Source: Alphaproteobacteria bacterium (GTDB lineage: Bacteria; Pseudomonadota; Alphaproteobacteria; ATCC43930; CGMCC-115725). Taken from it: 25,089 nt of DNA. This document shows positions 24,096 through 25,089 of the stretch, piece after piece; positions within the stretch are counted from its first letter, which is position 1, and every line of letters starts with the position of its first letter. The stretch is taken from positions 1-25,089 of the forward strand of contig JASHRZ010000457.1 of NCBI GenBank assembly GCA_030037055.1, written 5' to 3'. Below the pieces are notes generated by a model. It did not search any database. It had not been told where the DNA came from and was given only the letters and a program-made list of their open reading frames with translations. A program made the position numbers and the translations under genes.

Positions 24096-25089
24096 TTAGG
24101 CAGGCTCGGCCGCCGCCGGCTCTTCGCTGAGCGCGCTGCGGCGTCGCCGGACGCTGGCGGATTTGAGCTGGCCGCAAGCGGCCATGATGTCCTCGCCGCG
24201 CGGCGTGCGCACCGGCGAAGAGTATCCCGCGGCGTTGACGATGTCGGAGAAGTGCTTGATCGCCGCCGTGCTCGAGCGCTCATAGCGCGCGCCGGGCCAG
24301 GGATTGAACGGGATCAGGTTCACCTTGGCAGGAACGCCGGCGATGAGCCGCACCAGCGCGCGCGCTTCGGCTGGACTGTCATTGACGCCCTTGAGCATGA
24401 CGTATTCGAAGGTGATGCGCCGCGCATTGCTCGAGCCGGGATATGTGCGGCACGCCTCGATGAGCTCGGCCAGCGGGTATTTCCTGTTGATCGGCACCAG
24501 GATGTCGCGCAGCTCGTCGGTCACGGCATGCAGCGAGATCGCGAGGTTGACGCCGAGCTCGGCGCCGCAGCGGCGGATCATCGGCACAATGCCCGAGGTC
24601 GAGAGCGTGATCTTCCGTCGCGACAGCGACAGCCCTTCGTGATCCATGACGATCTTCAGCGCCTGCGCCACATTGTCGTAATTGAAGAACGGCTCGCCCA
24701 TGCCCATGAGCACGATGTTGGTGAGCTGGCGATCGTCTTGCGGCGAGGGCCATTCGCCGAGCGCGTCGCGCGCCAGCATGACCTGGCCGACGATCTCCGC
24801 TGCACCGAGATTGCGCACGAGACGCTGGGTGCCGGTATGGCAGAATTTGCAGGTCAGCGTGCAGCCGACCTGCGAGGAGACGCAGAGCGTGCCGCGATCC
24901 TCCTCGGGGATGTGGACGCATTCCACTTCCTGACCGTCGGCAAAGCGCAGCAGCCATTTGCGCGTGCCGTCGAGCGAGGTGAGCGCCCGGGCCACTGCCG
25001 GCCGGCCGACGGTGTAGCGCTCGGCGAGCGCGGCGCGGAACGCCTTCGACAGCGTCGTCATGGCGGCGATGTCGGTGACGCCGCGGTTG
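24096..25089 (-). CDS. rlmN: Dual-specificity rRNA/tRNA m2A methyltransferase RlmN; 5' end lies outside the window
   Basis: [24 protein letters not shown] (radical SAM CxxxCxxC), [49 protein letters not shown]. The frame stays open upstream of 25061 ([10 protein letters not shown]). Confidence 0.98.
   Translation of the reverse strand, partial: NRGVTDIAAMTTLSKAFRAALAERYTVGRPAVARALTSLDGTRKWLLRFADGQEVECVHIPEEDRGTLCVSSQVGCTLTCKFCHTGTQRLVRNLGAAEIVGQVMLARDALGEWPSPQDDRQLTNIVLMGMGEPFFNYDNVAQALKIVMDHEGLSLSRRKITLSTSGIVPMIRRCGAELGVNLAISLHAVTDELRDILVPINRKYPLAELIEACRTYPGSSNARRITFEYVMLKGVNDSPAEARALVRLIAGVPAKVNLIPFNPWPGARYERSSTAAIKHFSDIVNAAGYSSPVRTPRGEDIMAACGQLKSASVRRRRSALSEEPAAAEPA

Noticed and set aside
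257-25061. Many long ORF-track entries (e.g. 2631-4370 tail, 3833-4924 -, 5219-6664 -, 7294-8802 -, 8795-10831 +, 11131-12342 +, 16345-17772 +, 18513-20171 -, 21272-22306 +, 22864-24099 +)
   Set aside because: They are antisense or alternate-frame shadows of real genes. They are Arg/Ala/Pro-rich with no motifs, which is expected in high-GC DNA.

Overview
High-GC chromosomal segment, probably alphaproteobacterial (inferred from the argG, rlmN and glpD sequence types and a Bradyrhizobium-style orphan ABC binding protein). It holds about 22 genes or gene remnants. I found no tRNA, rRNA, CRISPR array or intact mobile element. Gene order: cinA (runs off the left edge), a CBS protein, a multiply frameshifted dcp/M3 peptidase, gloB-like, an LLM monooxygenase, an MDR oxidoreductase, a cytoplasmic SELENBP1/SBP56 (methanethiol-oxidase-like) protein coupled to a His/Met membrane protein, an enolase-superfamily enzyme, argG, a two-gene cassette (Tat-signal NAD(P)-dependent oxidoreductase plus TLC/NTT nucleotide-carrier homolog), a TetR-associated FMO/esterase/SDR cluster, glpD, an SGNH hydrolase, arsC, an orphan LivJ-like binding protein, a decayed L,D-transpeptidase behind an Lpp/OprI-like lipoprotein, and rlmN (runs off the right edge). 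The most notable observations are four. (1) The Tat-oxidoreductase/NTT cassette is a candidate system for periplasmic nicotinamide-cofactor chemistry. (2) That cassette is bracketed by a 33/40-nt direct repeat that contains the argG promoter. (3) A Braun-lipoprotein-like gene with a C-terminal Lys is paired with an L,D-transpeptidase in an apparent alphaproteobacterium. (4) SBP56 is translationally coupled to a putative copper permease. All family assignments are by motif recognition, with no database searches.
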